DNA of 64,000 nucleotides from Nitrospirales bacterium (GTDB lineage Bacteria; Nitrospirota; Nitrospiria; Nitrospirales; UBA8639): NCBI GenBank assembly GCA_965203295.1, contig CBDBCZ010000017.1, positions 448,001 to 512,000 of the forward strand, read 5' to 3'. Shown piece by piece: positions 11,051 to 23,830 of this stretch (position 1 is its first letter; each line of letters starts with the position of its first letter). The notes under the pieces were generated by a model. It saw only the letters and a program-made list of their open reading frames with translations, ran no database searches and was not told where the DNA came from. The position numbers and the translations under genes were made by a program.

Positions 11051-11556
11051 TTACCACGGGCCCATGACTTCAGGTTCTTCATACACGTAATCCATTTCAT
11101 CAAGCTCAGCCAGCTGCTCAAACACTTCTTCTTCTGCACCTCTCCCTGCCCTCCGACCAGGTGGTCCCCTCGCACCAGGGGGTGGGCCAGGTGGTCCAAT
11201 TGGTCCTGGTCTTCGAGGACCAGGTGTTCGAGGTCTGGTATTGGTGCAGACACAGAACAGACGGCCTGCCCTGTGATTAAACCTGCACTCTCCATTCCTG
11301 TAGCCTTTTCTTGAACATGCTATATCGCATTGAAGTGGATCATAATCTGTAGCATATTAAGAGATAAATAGTAACCAACTCAGTAATTATTATGTAAAGC
11401 ATTGGTATTAAAAGCTTATACACATTACACTAGGGTATGACATTAAGAGCATGCTTTAGCTATCACTTAATTACCGCAAACTCCCTTGGAGGATTCTGCC
11501 AATGAGACAATTGCCAGCGCCACAGCTGTAGCCAAGAGAATGATGGCAGCCTTCAT
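11051..11556 (-). CDS. Secreted defensin-like/collagen-like precursor, type C (125 aa)
   Basis: Exon 1 is 11556-11475 and exon 2 is 11346-11051 (TAA). Mature region: SKGVCDYDPLQCDIACSRKGYRNGECRFNHRAGRLFCVCTNTRPRTPGPRRPGPIGPPGPPPGARGPPGRRAGRGAEEEVFEQLAELDEMDYVYEEPEVMGPW. It is 27 nt (three Gly-X-Y triplets) shorter than type A, in frame. Confidence 0.9.
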
Positions 11557-14500
11557 TTTGGTAGTTTCTTCTTGGATGTATATACGTTGTCAGAAGATGC
11601 TCAGTGACTAGAGAGGAGCTGCTTTTATAGGTAGAGCTAAGGCTTATGGCAATAAGGATTCTGTTACAGTAGGTGTAGGTTATTGTGGCCACTAATTAAA
11701 CCTTGTTGTCATTCAACTTGGTTTCACTATAGTTTGATAGATCACTGCTGGCTTCCTGATTGCCTTTATAAGGCAACTTCATCAGCTACATGTGGGATAC
11801 CACCTAGAACTGGTTGAAAGCACAAGAAAAGATTCAGTATTTCCCCAGCATGACACTGTAAAGTAAACATGTAGGTGTTTATTTGTCTTAATGTATGGCT
11901 GTTTACACATACTAGCTAAATAGAAGAACTTCAAATATCCTGTCTCTGAAGTATGAGTGGGTGCCGGGATTCACTGTCAGGTGTTCAATTTTGTGAGAAA
12001 TATCGTCATCAGAGGTCTTGTTGTTTAACTTTAATGTGTGCAACCTCCCATCTGTTGCATGCACGTGACTGTTTACATACTAAATAGAAGAACTTTTCTC
12101 TGAATGATGAGTGGGTTGATTCAGGGGTGTCGAACTTCCTTTTTACTATAGAACGTGTGGTAACCTCCCACCTTCTGATTAGGGTGTGTTTGTTTATGCA
12201 TACTCACATACAGGAACTCTGTATCACAGAAACTGCATGTGTCTCACAGGGGTGGATGATTAATATTATACCCATGCATGTGACTCTATACCACGCTTTT
12301 TAGTTTACTTGTGATTCACTCTTGCTACCCTGAGAGTCAGTATAAGGCTGGCTCAGCGGGTGCTAGACTAAGTCCAGCTCGATAGACTAAATGGGTACAC
12401 ATGCATAATATTAAAGGTAGCTAACATACTGAAATTTATCAAAGGCAGTTGCAGCTATGTGTGCAGCAATACAATTATGACTAAACTAAGTGTATAGCAT
12501 TCATCATAAATCTACATACATTATTGCTATTTCCAGTAACATTTATCACCCCTGCATGTGAAAAAAATGTATCTACTACATGCAGGTATGCTTTGAGCTT
12601 GGGGTAGTAACGTTTAACAGTGAAACATAAAATGACTACCCAAAGTTTGAGATACTGAGTAGAGTAGACCAGGTATGATATAGCTTATCAATCAGCTGGA
12701 ACTATGGTTGAAAAGTACAAAAAACAGCTTCAGTACCTCCCCCAGCATGTATAGTTAAACTATAGTGGCAGAGGAACTGGATAATTTATGACTGAAAAAT
12801 GTTGATTAAGGTTGTACTACCATACTCACATGCAAGAATGTATCACCTGGGATATGGGATTCATCATTACATATTACTTCCTTGAGAGCAAGTCTGGCTC
12901 AGTGGGTGCATAGCGATAACGTGCACAGTGTTAAATTATTTCGAATAGTATCACATGCACATCTTTCCTCAAAGGCAATTGCATTGTCAATGTAAACAGA
13001 TGTACCATATTTTATTAGGAAAACAATACCACAGTATTCACTGCATTTATCGTTTTCAATATTTAATTCGTATCACCCAGCACACAAATTACCTACTAGC
13101 TGGCATATGCATGGGATGGCACTTGGAATAGTGAAACTATACGCATGCATACACACACACAGTCACTCCTTTACTACAAGTAGACTATGAATAAAAATAT
13201 GTAGGACATGTAAATAATAACTTAACTCTTTCCCAGCCAAGTTACATCCATAAGGGTAATGTGAATTTATATTGGCCTTTTTATATTAGGTGTTAATATA
13301 GAGTACATGATTTTTTCTATTTTATATGGGCACATAAATGTGCCCATGGCGTTCAAAGAGTTAAGGTACATCAGGTCAGGTCCGCAGAAGAGTAAAGACC
13401 TAGCCTCGACATGCAGGTGACTCTATACCTGCACTGGAACATTTGCATGGATCACTCCATGATTTGCAAGTAGTGGTCCGCCTGGTTCACCCCCCCGTGA
13501 ATTTATCAAAAGGCTCACTTGGACTGTCTGGACTACAGTCTCACAGGACCAGACTACTGTGTCTGGCATCAAAGGTGCATGGCTATAATAATAGCATATA
13601 TAGTCACCGTACTAACTATATCTGGACCAAGGGGACTGGCTGATCCACCTTGTCATGCAAGGGAAGAGGAGAACTGTACATGTGCCAGTGTGCAGTAGCT
13701 AGGTGCTGCAGTAGCTGGCTAACTTGGATGAAAACGGGACTGTGCATGAAGAACCTAGCTACATGGCATGCAGTTACCAGGAGCTTGTGAGTGGCCAAGC
13801 CGGGCTTGAAGTCATCCCGTATCCCGAGACCCAGATAATATTTTCTTCTGTAAGCAGTTATACATGTTCAGTCCAATGGAGAGGTCATGCTGGTGAGTAT
13901 ACTGAAGCTTTTTGCAGCTCCAGATGGTATCCCATGCCACATGCATGCATTGTACCTGTAGTCGATTGTTTGTATTCACGTAGGCTAAACCTTGCTGTCC
14001 CGGCTTCTATTCACAAGCGACTTCACTGAATGTGTTACGTGTAGGATGACTCCTCACAATTTGTGGGATGCTGTTTCCTGTAAGCCTAATAAGGCAAGTT
14101 GCATACAGTCAACTACACGCCCATGGCATGGGATACCACCTGGAAGTAGTTGAAAAGCACATGCAAGAAAAGATACTTAATAAGCTTCAGCACTTCGCCC
14201 AACATGTATAGTGGTTTATATACACATGACTGAGCATCCATGACTGCTTATGTAAAAAGTTCTTTGTGTCTCTGGATACAGGATGGAATCATGCCTGCAT
14301 GTAATGCTCATGTTAGTACTAAAAATTATGTGTGGTATCCTCCTACAAGTTACAGATACGTATTATGCTAATTTAGGGTTCATGGCTTAGCTAAAACTAT
14401 ACAGGACCAAATTGGGAATTAGCTACAGCTACATGTATACAGGTGCCCACGCAACAGAAAACCATGTACATACGTGTACATGCATATGCGTACAGATCAT

Positions 14501-14985
14501 GGCATACTGCTGCACCTATATATAGACTCTACAACACCAATAGTCTTAACATCATGACATTTGATGACTATGGTGCTTTTTGATTAGCTATAGTACCACA
14601 AGTAGTTTAGAAACCGAAGTAGCTATTATACTCTTAGATCTTAGAATGACAGTGGTCTGTATATAGAGTGTGAGTTTAAAGTGTTGATGCGTGAGTACAA
14701 CATGCATGCACACCCAAACAGCTTCCTGGGTGTGGTACACAAATCATGAGTCAATATTAAGTCCAGTTCATGTGTCTGCGGTGTCCCTTGCATGCATATA
14801 TAGCTACAGATATACTCTTTAATTAAACAAATGCAACTGTTAAAAAATGGTCAAGAACATTGATACACAGACAAGATAATAACAATGCAGTACATTAGTG
14901 TAGGATGCAGCAGCTATGTTTATACATCTTTCAGTTTAACCACATATTATGCAATAGCTTCCTCTTGCAGGCACATAGTTTTCAA

Positions 14986-15533
14986 TCACCACGGGCCCAT
15001 GACTTCAGGTTCTTCATACACATAATCCATTTCATCAAACTCAGCCAGCTGTTCAAATACTTCTTCTTCTTCTGCAGCTCTCCGACCAGGTTGTCCCCTC
15101 GGTCCAGCCGTTCCAGGACGACCCCTCGTAGGGGGACCCGGTGGGCCAGGTGGTCCTATTGGTCCAGCACCAGGAGTACCCGGTGTTCGAGTACCCGGTG
15201 TTCGAGATCCGCTATTGGTGCAGATACAGAACAGACGACCTGCCCTGTGATTAAACCTGCATACTCCACGCCTGTAGCCCTTTCTTCCACACCCTATTGC
15301 GCATTGAGCTGGTCCGTAATCTGCAGCAATACAGAATAACCAACACAGGAATGATCCATAGATATTAAACACATTTCAATCTTGATTACTATCATAATTA
15401 GCTATAGCTGTAAGTATGATATTAAGAGTGTATACACATATTATCACTCACCGCAAACACTCTTGGAAGACTCTGCCACTGAGACAATGGCCAACACCAC
15501 AGCTGCAGCCAAAAAGATGATGGTAGCCTTCAT
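14986..15533 (-). CDS. Defensin-like precursor type B, second copy (B')
   Basis: Exons 15533-15452 and 15320-14986. Same protein as 5353..5900 (offset 9633 bp); one synonymous GAG/GAA difference seen. Confidence 0.88.
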
Positions 15534-18500
15534 ATTGGTAGCTTCTTATGTTGCTGCAGCTAGGAAGATGCTCAGTGACTAGAGAGGAGCTGCTTTTATA
15601 GTGGTAGACAGATAGCTACCTATAAGGATTCTGTGGATATATTATGTGGTCAAATTAAACCTCAGGATCCTTTAAACTAGTGATGCCCCCCCTGCCAGTT
15701 TCCTGTAAGCCTAAGGTAAGTACATGACTATGAATGATACTATTAGTAGCACTACCCAGAACTGTTTGAAAAGCCGAAGAAAACCTTTAGTACTTCCTCA
15801 GCAGTTTACGACTGAATATAACTGTTTACACATTATAGCTAAATAGAGGAACTCTAGATTTCCTGTCCCTGAATTGTGAGTGGGTTGGTTCAGGGGTATG
15901 AAGAGTTCAATTTTGTGACTCAGGAATCTCTATAGGTCTTATGTTGTTGCTGTATAACTTCCTTTAATTCAGGATGTGTGACAACCTCCCACCTGTTGAT
16001 TAAGGTTGTGCATACTCACATGCAAGAATGTATCACCTGGGATATGGGATTCACCATTACATAATTATTTCCTTGAGAGCAAGTCTGGCTCAGTGGATGC
16101 ATAGTATTAAAGGTGCACAGAATATAATCATAGATAATATATACCTCCGGAAGTATATATTATCTATGATATAATTATATCACATGCACACATTTCATCA
16201 AAGGCAATTGCATTGTCAACGTATTCAGATGTACCATATTTTATTATTGAGGACATAAACCTGTATTTATCATTTCCATGCTAATTCATATAACCCAGCA
16301 TATGCGTATACAAAATTTCACCTGCTAATGGGATGGTACTTGGAATAGTGAAACATAAAAGAATTAATTAAAAGGCTATTGTAATATAGGCACAGCTTAA
16401 GCAGTGAACAAACTTGGAAGCACGCTTTGCACATACACACACACACTCCTTTACTACAATAAAATAAAAATATGTAGGACGTATAAATAAAAGCTAAAGG
16501 TATACATCAGGTCAGGTCCGCAGAAGAGTTACTAAAGACTCAACATGCAGGTGACTCTATGTTGCACCATTTGCATGCATGGGCCACTCAGTGACTTGCA
16601 AGGGGTCTGCCTGGTCCACCCCTTGTAAAATTATCAAAAAGTCTCGCTTAGAACTGTCTGGACTACAGTCTCACAGGACCAGACTATACTGTGTCTGGCC
16701 AATAGGTAGCTAGTCATGGCATACTGAACTATTGCAAGCAGAATGGCTGCGTGGTCCACCCAGTGAATCCATGATCAGACACCGCGGTTACTATTATTTC
16801 ATCACGTAGGTATATAGGCAAATGTTCACTCTTGTAATTATACATGTAGGAAACAACCTAAAAGGTGTTGACCACCTATAGCTACTATCAAGAAGCACAC
16901 GAGCCCATGCACATGCATGTGCTCCTGTCCTTGATTGTTAGAGAAAGAGGAACTGTGCCAGTGTGAAGTAGCTATAGGTACTGGAGCTATAGTAACTGGC
17001 TAACATAGATGAAAATGTGACTGTGTAATTATGAAGAACCTATACACGGCGTGCAGTCATGCAGTGTTTTCAAGCGTGCTCACTGCTTTAGCTGTACCTA
17101 GCCTTTTACTATTCCAAGTGCCATCCTAAGCTCAAGCATGCATGTAATTCTTTACATAAAATTGGTGATATGAATTGGCTATTGGAAATGATTAAATGCA
17201 GTGAATGTTGTTTTCCTAAGTATGGCACAGCTGAATACATTACTGATGCGATTTCATTTAATGAAATGATGTGCTTGCAATTCAGAATGACAATATATTG
17301 TGTGCTTTTAACGTTATGCAACCACTGAGCCAGACTTGCTCTCAAGAATGTGAGTATGCACAACCTTAACCAACAGGTGGGAGGTTGTCACACATCCTAA
17401 ACTAAAGGAAGTTATACAGCAACAACATAAGACCTATAGAGATTCCTGAGTCACAAAATTGACAGTCTTTATTTCCCTGAACCAACCCACTCATAATTCA
17501 GGGACAGGATATAGTTCTTCTATTTAGCTATAACATGTAAACAGTCACATTCGGTCATAAACCGCGCTATACATCCTCAGGAAGTACTGAAGCTTTTCTT
17601 GTGCTTTTCAACCAGTTCCAGGTAGTATCCCACAATGTCATACATATCTATATTGCCATAAAAGGCAATGACATAAGCATTGCATGCAGGGTTGAATCCA
17701 TCCTGTATCCAGAGACACAAATAAAGCTTCTTCTATTTACGTAAGCAGTCATGGATGCTCAGTCATGTGTAAACCGCTATACACATTGGGGGAAGTGCTG
17801 AAGCTTTTCGTGTGCTTTTCAACCACTTCCAGGTGGTATCCCATGCCACGTGTAGTTGACTGTATACATTTGCCTTATTAGGCTTACAGGAAACTGTATC
17901 CCAAACCGTGAGGAATCATCCTACACTTAACAATACATTCAATGATTCGCTTGTGAACAGAGTCTGGGACAGCAAGGTTTAGCCTACGTGAATACATACA
18001 ATCAACTACACGTACATGCATGTGGACCACCTGGAGCTGATTATGTGAAGTTCCTGTACTTCCCAGCATGTATAATTACAGGGTAGGCTATATTTTTAAT
18101 TTATATTATATTTTATTTATAAAAGAGCTTTATTATCTCGGGTCTCAGGTTACAGGATGAATTCAAAATTAATCCCGACTCAATTTGCTGCTCATAAGCT
18201 CCTGGTTTGCATGGGCCCATTTATACGTATACACACACACTCTTGTAAGCTATAGGTAGAAAAGAATATGCATAGGAAGTATAAATATTAGCTAATTTTA
18301 AAATGCACATGTCAGGTCCGCAGAAGAGTAAAGACCTAGCCTCAACATGCAGGTGACTCTATACCTGCACTGGACCATTTGCATGGATCACTCCGTGACC
18401 TGTGAGGTGTCCCCCCAGGATCCGTGCGACTAGCTCACTCGACTGAGCCAGAGAGCCGAGGTAGGCAGCTGGTGCGTGCAGGGAGGCCCTCCTGAGGTTG

Positions 18501-19060
18501 AGACCACCCCTGGAGTTTGTGATAGAAGCTTTCAACCAGGGCCACTCGGAGAGGGGAGAACCAGCTAAATCAGACAGCTCAGAGCATCACGCATGCACGG
18601 TATTATCGAAGACCGCCGCAGCCTGTTAGATAGGCTAAGAAGCATCGAGAATAATGCGGGAATAATAGGGCGGTTTTCGGGAATAATGCGAATCTTGAAC
18701 GGAAATATTCGGAGTAGATCTCGCCCACCACAATCTCTGCATGCGTTTATGGCGTCTAGCAGTGGTTCTGAAGGGAGAATGGCTGGTCTACAGCATGCAA
18801 ATTAATTTTATTCCAACATGCTGTGCTTCAATAGTGATAAATAGCGTCACAAGCCAGTCAGCGACCGAAGAAAATGTTACCGGTACATACGCGAAAATTT
18901 TGGGGATTTTAGTGGGATTAATGCGAGAATAATAGGTAGTTACTCGGGCAGTTTTGTGAGAATAGGGGAATAGAATTATAGGTAGCTTTTTGAGCACAAT
19001 CCGCCCAACCCTACTCAGAGGGCACCGGTTACGTTACGGGATGCCGGTTACCGTAACCGG

Positions 19061-19746
19061 TGTCATAAAATTTTGGGGACCCCATGAATATAGGGACCCC
19101 GGGTCCCTAATCTACCGGTAAAATGGGCACCCCCGCGGTACTTTAGGGACCCCTTTGCGTGGATGAACAGCGATCTTTATACTTGTCCCGAAGCTAACTC
19201 TAGCAAAGAAATATAACGCATTGAACTCTTTTAAAATATTAATGGGTGCATGTTCCATACAATGGTAGCTAACTCTAGCGCTTTGACCGACGCTAAGGGT
19301 CATGGGTTTGACGGACGCATGTCCCATAGCTAAATCTGGTCATGGAAGTCACTTCATTTGTTATTGCATGCATAGCTATATGTCTATGTATTGTTTAGTT
19401 ACTTTAATTTGTGTATTGTTTAGTTACTTTAAATTGCATTGTATGTTTTGTTTACTTTGTATGCACACACTACATTTGTGACTGCATTTTTATTGCACAT
19501 GGCATGATCTTAATAGAAACTTACAATACTTTAAATAATATTGTTATAAGCGTGACATAGCTACATGTCTACGTAAAATCTGGCCCATTATACCGGTAGA
19601 ATGGGCAGAGGGGTCCCCATTCTACCGGTAATTTAGGGACCCCGGGTCCCCATACCAGTAGAATAGGGATCTTTAGGGGTCCCTATTTTCATGAAGGGGT
19701 CCCTATTATACCGGTAAATTGGGGACCCGGGGTCCCTAAACTACCG
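19061..19746. mobile_element. Non-autonomous Ginger1-like element, right end truncated
   Basis: Begins CCGG|TGT, the same target and terminus as the Ginger1 element at 60678. Clusters of GGGGACCC/GGGTCCC subterminal repeats at both ends. Absent from the first duplication unit. Confidence 0.55.
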
Positions 19747-19873
19747 CCGCAACCGGTTACGTTATTTACGGGATGCCGGTTACGTAAACCGGCCAATCGG
19801 TTACGTAACCGGATAGCCGGTTGTGCAACTGGATGGACGATAGACTACCCGATTGTAGTCTCGCGGGCCAGAC

Positions 19874-20074
19874 CATAGATAATATACTAGGAGAATGCAG
19901 AGCATTTGTGGGGCGAGCGCAACTACAACATGTGCTTAGCATGTTTCTGCGCATGCGCAATGCGACGGGTCGGTCGATGACATACATACAGGTCGGTCGA
20001 TGACATACATACAAACAGAGTCGGCATTGACCTCGCTAGTACAGGGCTCGCTGCGCTCGCCCCAATTATCTATG
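19874..20074. mobile_element. CATAGATAAT-type MITE with 7-bp TSD, containing a nested Helentron-associated (HINE-like) element
   Basis: GCCAGAC-CATAGATAAT...ATTATCTATG-GCCAGAC. The interior (minus strand) has a GGGCGAGCGCAGCGAGCCC end hairpin, a TATG microsatellite, a second sub-TIR and a CTAGT end. Confidence 0.6.
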
Positions 20075-21755
20075 GCCAGACTAACCCGGTTGCGTAATGG
20101 GACAACGGTTTCTTATCTTATCACTTGGCACTGTAATTAGTGCAGGAAATCGATACACATAATTAGAACATAATAACGGGACAACAGTTTTCTTACCCGG
20201 TTGCGTATCCGGTCAGGTTGGATATCCGGTTTTCTGTTGTTATTTTTTTTCTTTCTGTTGTTGTTGTTGGTTTGTTGGTTTGTTTGTTTGTTTACTTATA
20301 TTCATTGCTTTTTTTATTAATTTTTTTCCTTATTAGCTAATGCTTGCACGTACGTCAATTAGTAATACCTTTATGGTTTGTATCCGTTATGTAACCGGAC
20401 AGCCGGTTACATAACAGGACAGCCGGTTACGTAACAGGGTGACAGTCACGTATCCGTGCAGAACATATTAACTTGCTCTATATAATTCTGGGAATTAAGT
20501 ACTAAGTATGCTTTTCAATCAGTTCCAGGTGGTATCCCACATGTACATGTAGTTGATTGTAATATGTATTAGGCTTGCCTCTACTTGATCTAATAGACCT
20601 TGCTGTCCTAGACTCAATTCACAAGCGACCTCACTGGATGTAGTTAAAGTTTTAACTGTAGAATGACTCCTCACAGTTTGGAATACAGTTTCCTGTAGCT
20701 AAGCCCAATAAAGCAAATGCAACTAGCTATACGTGGCATGGGATACCACCTGGAAGTGGTCGAAAAGCCCCAACATGTATAGTGGTTTACACATGACTGC
20801 TTGAGCATCCATGACGGCCTACGTAAATAGAAGAAGCTTATTTTGTATCTCTGGGTACAGAAGGATTCAACCAGCATGCAATGCTTTTGCATGTCACTGC
20901 CATTTATGGCAATATTGATATCGGGGTTATAGTGCTGTAAATTATGTGTAGTATTCTCCCACCATGCAGTTACATTTACGTTCGTGGTTTAGAAGTATAT
21001 ACTGGACCACCTATACTATATGTAGCTACATGCAGGCCAACTGTTGGTTATTTAGCATTCATGATCATGCAGCCAAATTGGCTCAAGCAGGAACTTCCTG
21101 TTTGAGCGAGGTTATAGATGTCTTAGTGTAGACTGAGTCATGAGCATGCGTACTTATGAGCACAGATCTTGGCACACTCCTACACCTATGTGGACTCTAC
21201 AACACCAATAGTCTGAACATCATTTGATGACTGTAGTGCTTTTTTGACTAGTATCACAAGGAGTTTGAAAATGAAGTAGCTAATACTCTCTAGATCTTAT
21301 AATTAGAATGGCAGTGGTCTTTTTATAAAGTGTGAGTTCAAAAGAGTGATGATGCGGTGTGTACAACATGCACACCCAAACAGCTTCCTGGGTGTGGTAC
21401 ACAAATCAAAATTAGGTCCAGCTCATGTATCCTCCCATCCCTTAATTGAATTACATGCATACACCCTTAATACTGCTGTACTGTCTTGATACTTCTTAAT
21501 GAAGACATATTTGTCACTCGTACATTAGCTATAGATATTCTCTTTAATTAAACACAAGAACTGTCAATCGTATTAAAAATGACATAATACACTGCATGAT
21601 ATATTCAGCGAAGATGATTATACATACAATGCCATACATAAGTGTATGAAGCAGCAGCTATCTTAATTGTTTTCACATCTTACATTTTAGCCACAAATAT
21701 TACGTAGATGCAATTATTATAGTTCAATCTCTTCTTGCATGCCCATAGTTTTCAA

Positions 21756-22261
21756 TTACCACGGGCCCATGACTTCAGGTTCTTCATACACGTAATCCAT
21801 TTCATCAAGCTCAGCCAGCTGCTCAAACACTTCTTCTTCTGCACCTCTCCCTGCCCTCCGACCAGGTGGTCCCCTCGCACCAGGGGGTGGGCCAGGTGGT
21901 CCAATTGGTCCTGGTCTTCGAGGACCAGGTGTTCGAGGTCTGGTATTGGTGCAGACACAGAACAGACGGCCTGCCCTGTGATTAAACCTGCACTCTCCAT
22001 TCCTGTAGCCTTTTCTTGAACATGCTATATCGCATTGAAGTGGATCATAATCTGTAGCATATTAAGAGATAAATAGTAACCAACTCAGTAATTATTATGT
22101 AAAGCATTGGTATTAAAAGCTTATACACATTACACTAGGGTATGACATTAAGAGCATGCTTTAGCTATCACTTAATTACCGCAAACTCCCTTGGAGGATT
22201 CTGCCAATGAGACAATTGCCAGCGCCACAGCTGTAGCCAAGAGAATGATGGCAGCCTTCAT
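21756..22261 (-). CDS. Defensin-like precursor type C, second copy (C')
   Basis: Exons 22261-22180 and 22051-21756. Same protein as 11051..11556 (offset 10705 bp). Confidence 0.88.
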
Positions 22262-23710
22262 TTTGGTAGTTTCTTCTTGGATGTATATACGTTGTCAGAA
22301 GATGCTCAGTGACTAGAGAGGAGCTGCTTTTATAGGTAGAGCTAAGGCTTATGGCAATAAGGATTCTGTTACAGTAGGTGTAGGTTATTGTGGCCACTAA
22401 TTAAACCTTGTTGTCATTCAACTTGGTTTCACTATAGTTTGATAGATCACTGCTGGCTTCCTGATTGCCTTTATAAGGCAACTTCATCAGCTACATGTGG
22501 GATACCACCTAGAACTGGTTGAAAGCACAAGAAAAGATTCAGTACTTCCCCAGCATGGCACTGTATAGTAAACATGTAGGTGTTTATTTGTCTTAATGTA
22601 TGGCTGTTCACACATACTAGTTAAATAGAAGAACTTGAAATATCCTGTCTCTGAAGTATGAGTGGGTGCCGGGATTCACTGTCAGGTGTTCAATTTCGTG
22701 AGAAATATCGTCATCATAGGTCTTGTTTTTAATGTGTGCAACCTCCCACCTTCTGCATGCACATGACTGCATGTTTACATAATATTATAGCTAGCTAAAT
22801 AGAAGAACTTTGAATATCCTGTCTCTGAATGATGAGTGGGTTGAGTCAAGGGTGCCGAACTTCCTTTTTAGAACGTGTGGTAACCTTTCACCTGCTGATT
22901 AGCCAAGGGTGTGTTTGTTTATGCATACTCACATACAGGAACCATGTATCACAGCAACTGTGTATCGCAGGGGTGGATGATTAATATTATACCCATGTGT
23001 CGAACTTTCTTTTTACTACGGAACGTGTGGTGACCTCCCACCTTCTGATTAGGGTGTGTTTGTTTATGCATACTCACATACAGGAACTCTGTATCACAGC
23101 AACTGCATGTGTCTCACAGATGTGGATGATTAATATTATACCCATGCATGTGACTCTATACCGCTGTTTAGTTTACTTGTGATTCACTCTTGCTACCCTG
23201 AAGGCTGGCTCAGCGGGTGCTAGACTAAGTCCAGCTCGATAGACTAAGCGGGTACACATGCATAATATTAAAGGTAGCTAACATACTGAAATTTATCAAA
23301 GGCAGTTGCAGCTATGTGTGCAGCAATACAATTATGACTAAACTAAGTGTATAGCATTCATCATAAATCTACATACATTATACATGTGGCTATTTTCAAT
23401 AACATTTATCACCCCTGCATGTGAAAAAAATTATCTACTACATGCAGGTATGTTTTGAGCTTGGGGTAGTAACGTTTAACAGTGAAACATAAAATGACTA
23501 CCCAAAGTTCGAGATACTGAGTAGAGTAGCTAGACCAGGAATGATATAGCTTATCAATCTTTGGATACCACCTGGAACTATGGTTGAAAAATACAAAAAC
23601 AGCTTCAGTACCTCCCCCAGCATGTATAGTTAAACTAGTGGCAGAGGAACTGGATAATTTATGACTGAATAATTTATGCTATAAGTCGGAGCCTTCCACG
23701 ATCTGACCAC

Positions 23711-23758
23711 TGCGCATGCGCGTGCAGCATTCGACCGTATTATGTAATGACGTCATTA
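23711..23758. promoter_or_regulatory. NRF1-like and CRE palindromes upstream of SVIP
   Basis: TGCGCATGCGC at 23711 and TAATGACGTCATTA (TGACGTCA at 23748-23755), 75-120 nt before the ATG. Confidence 0.4.
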
Positions 23759-23830
23759 TGCAGATTCAGCTAGCTCCACCCACCGGCAAACTTTCTAATT
23801 AATGCGCTACTCTCTTACCAACAAACAAAG

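Larger units (their letters stand above)
1812..22540. repeat. Recent tandem segmental duplication (~9.6 kb unit; second unit ~10.7 kb because of extra mobile-element DNA)
   Basis: 1812-~8270 matches 11443-~17900 almost base for base (offset ~9630-9637). 9430-11700 matches 19750-22400. Identical spurious ORFs recur in the track at these offsets. Confidence 0.92.
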
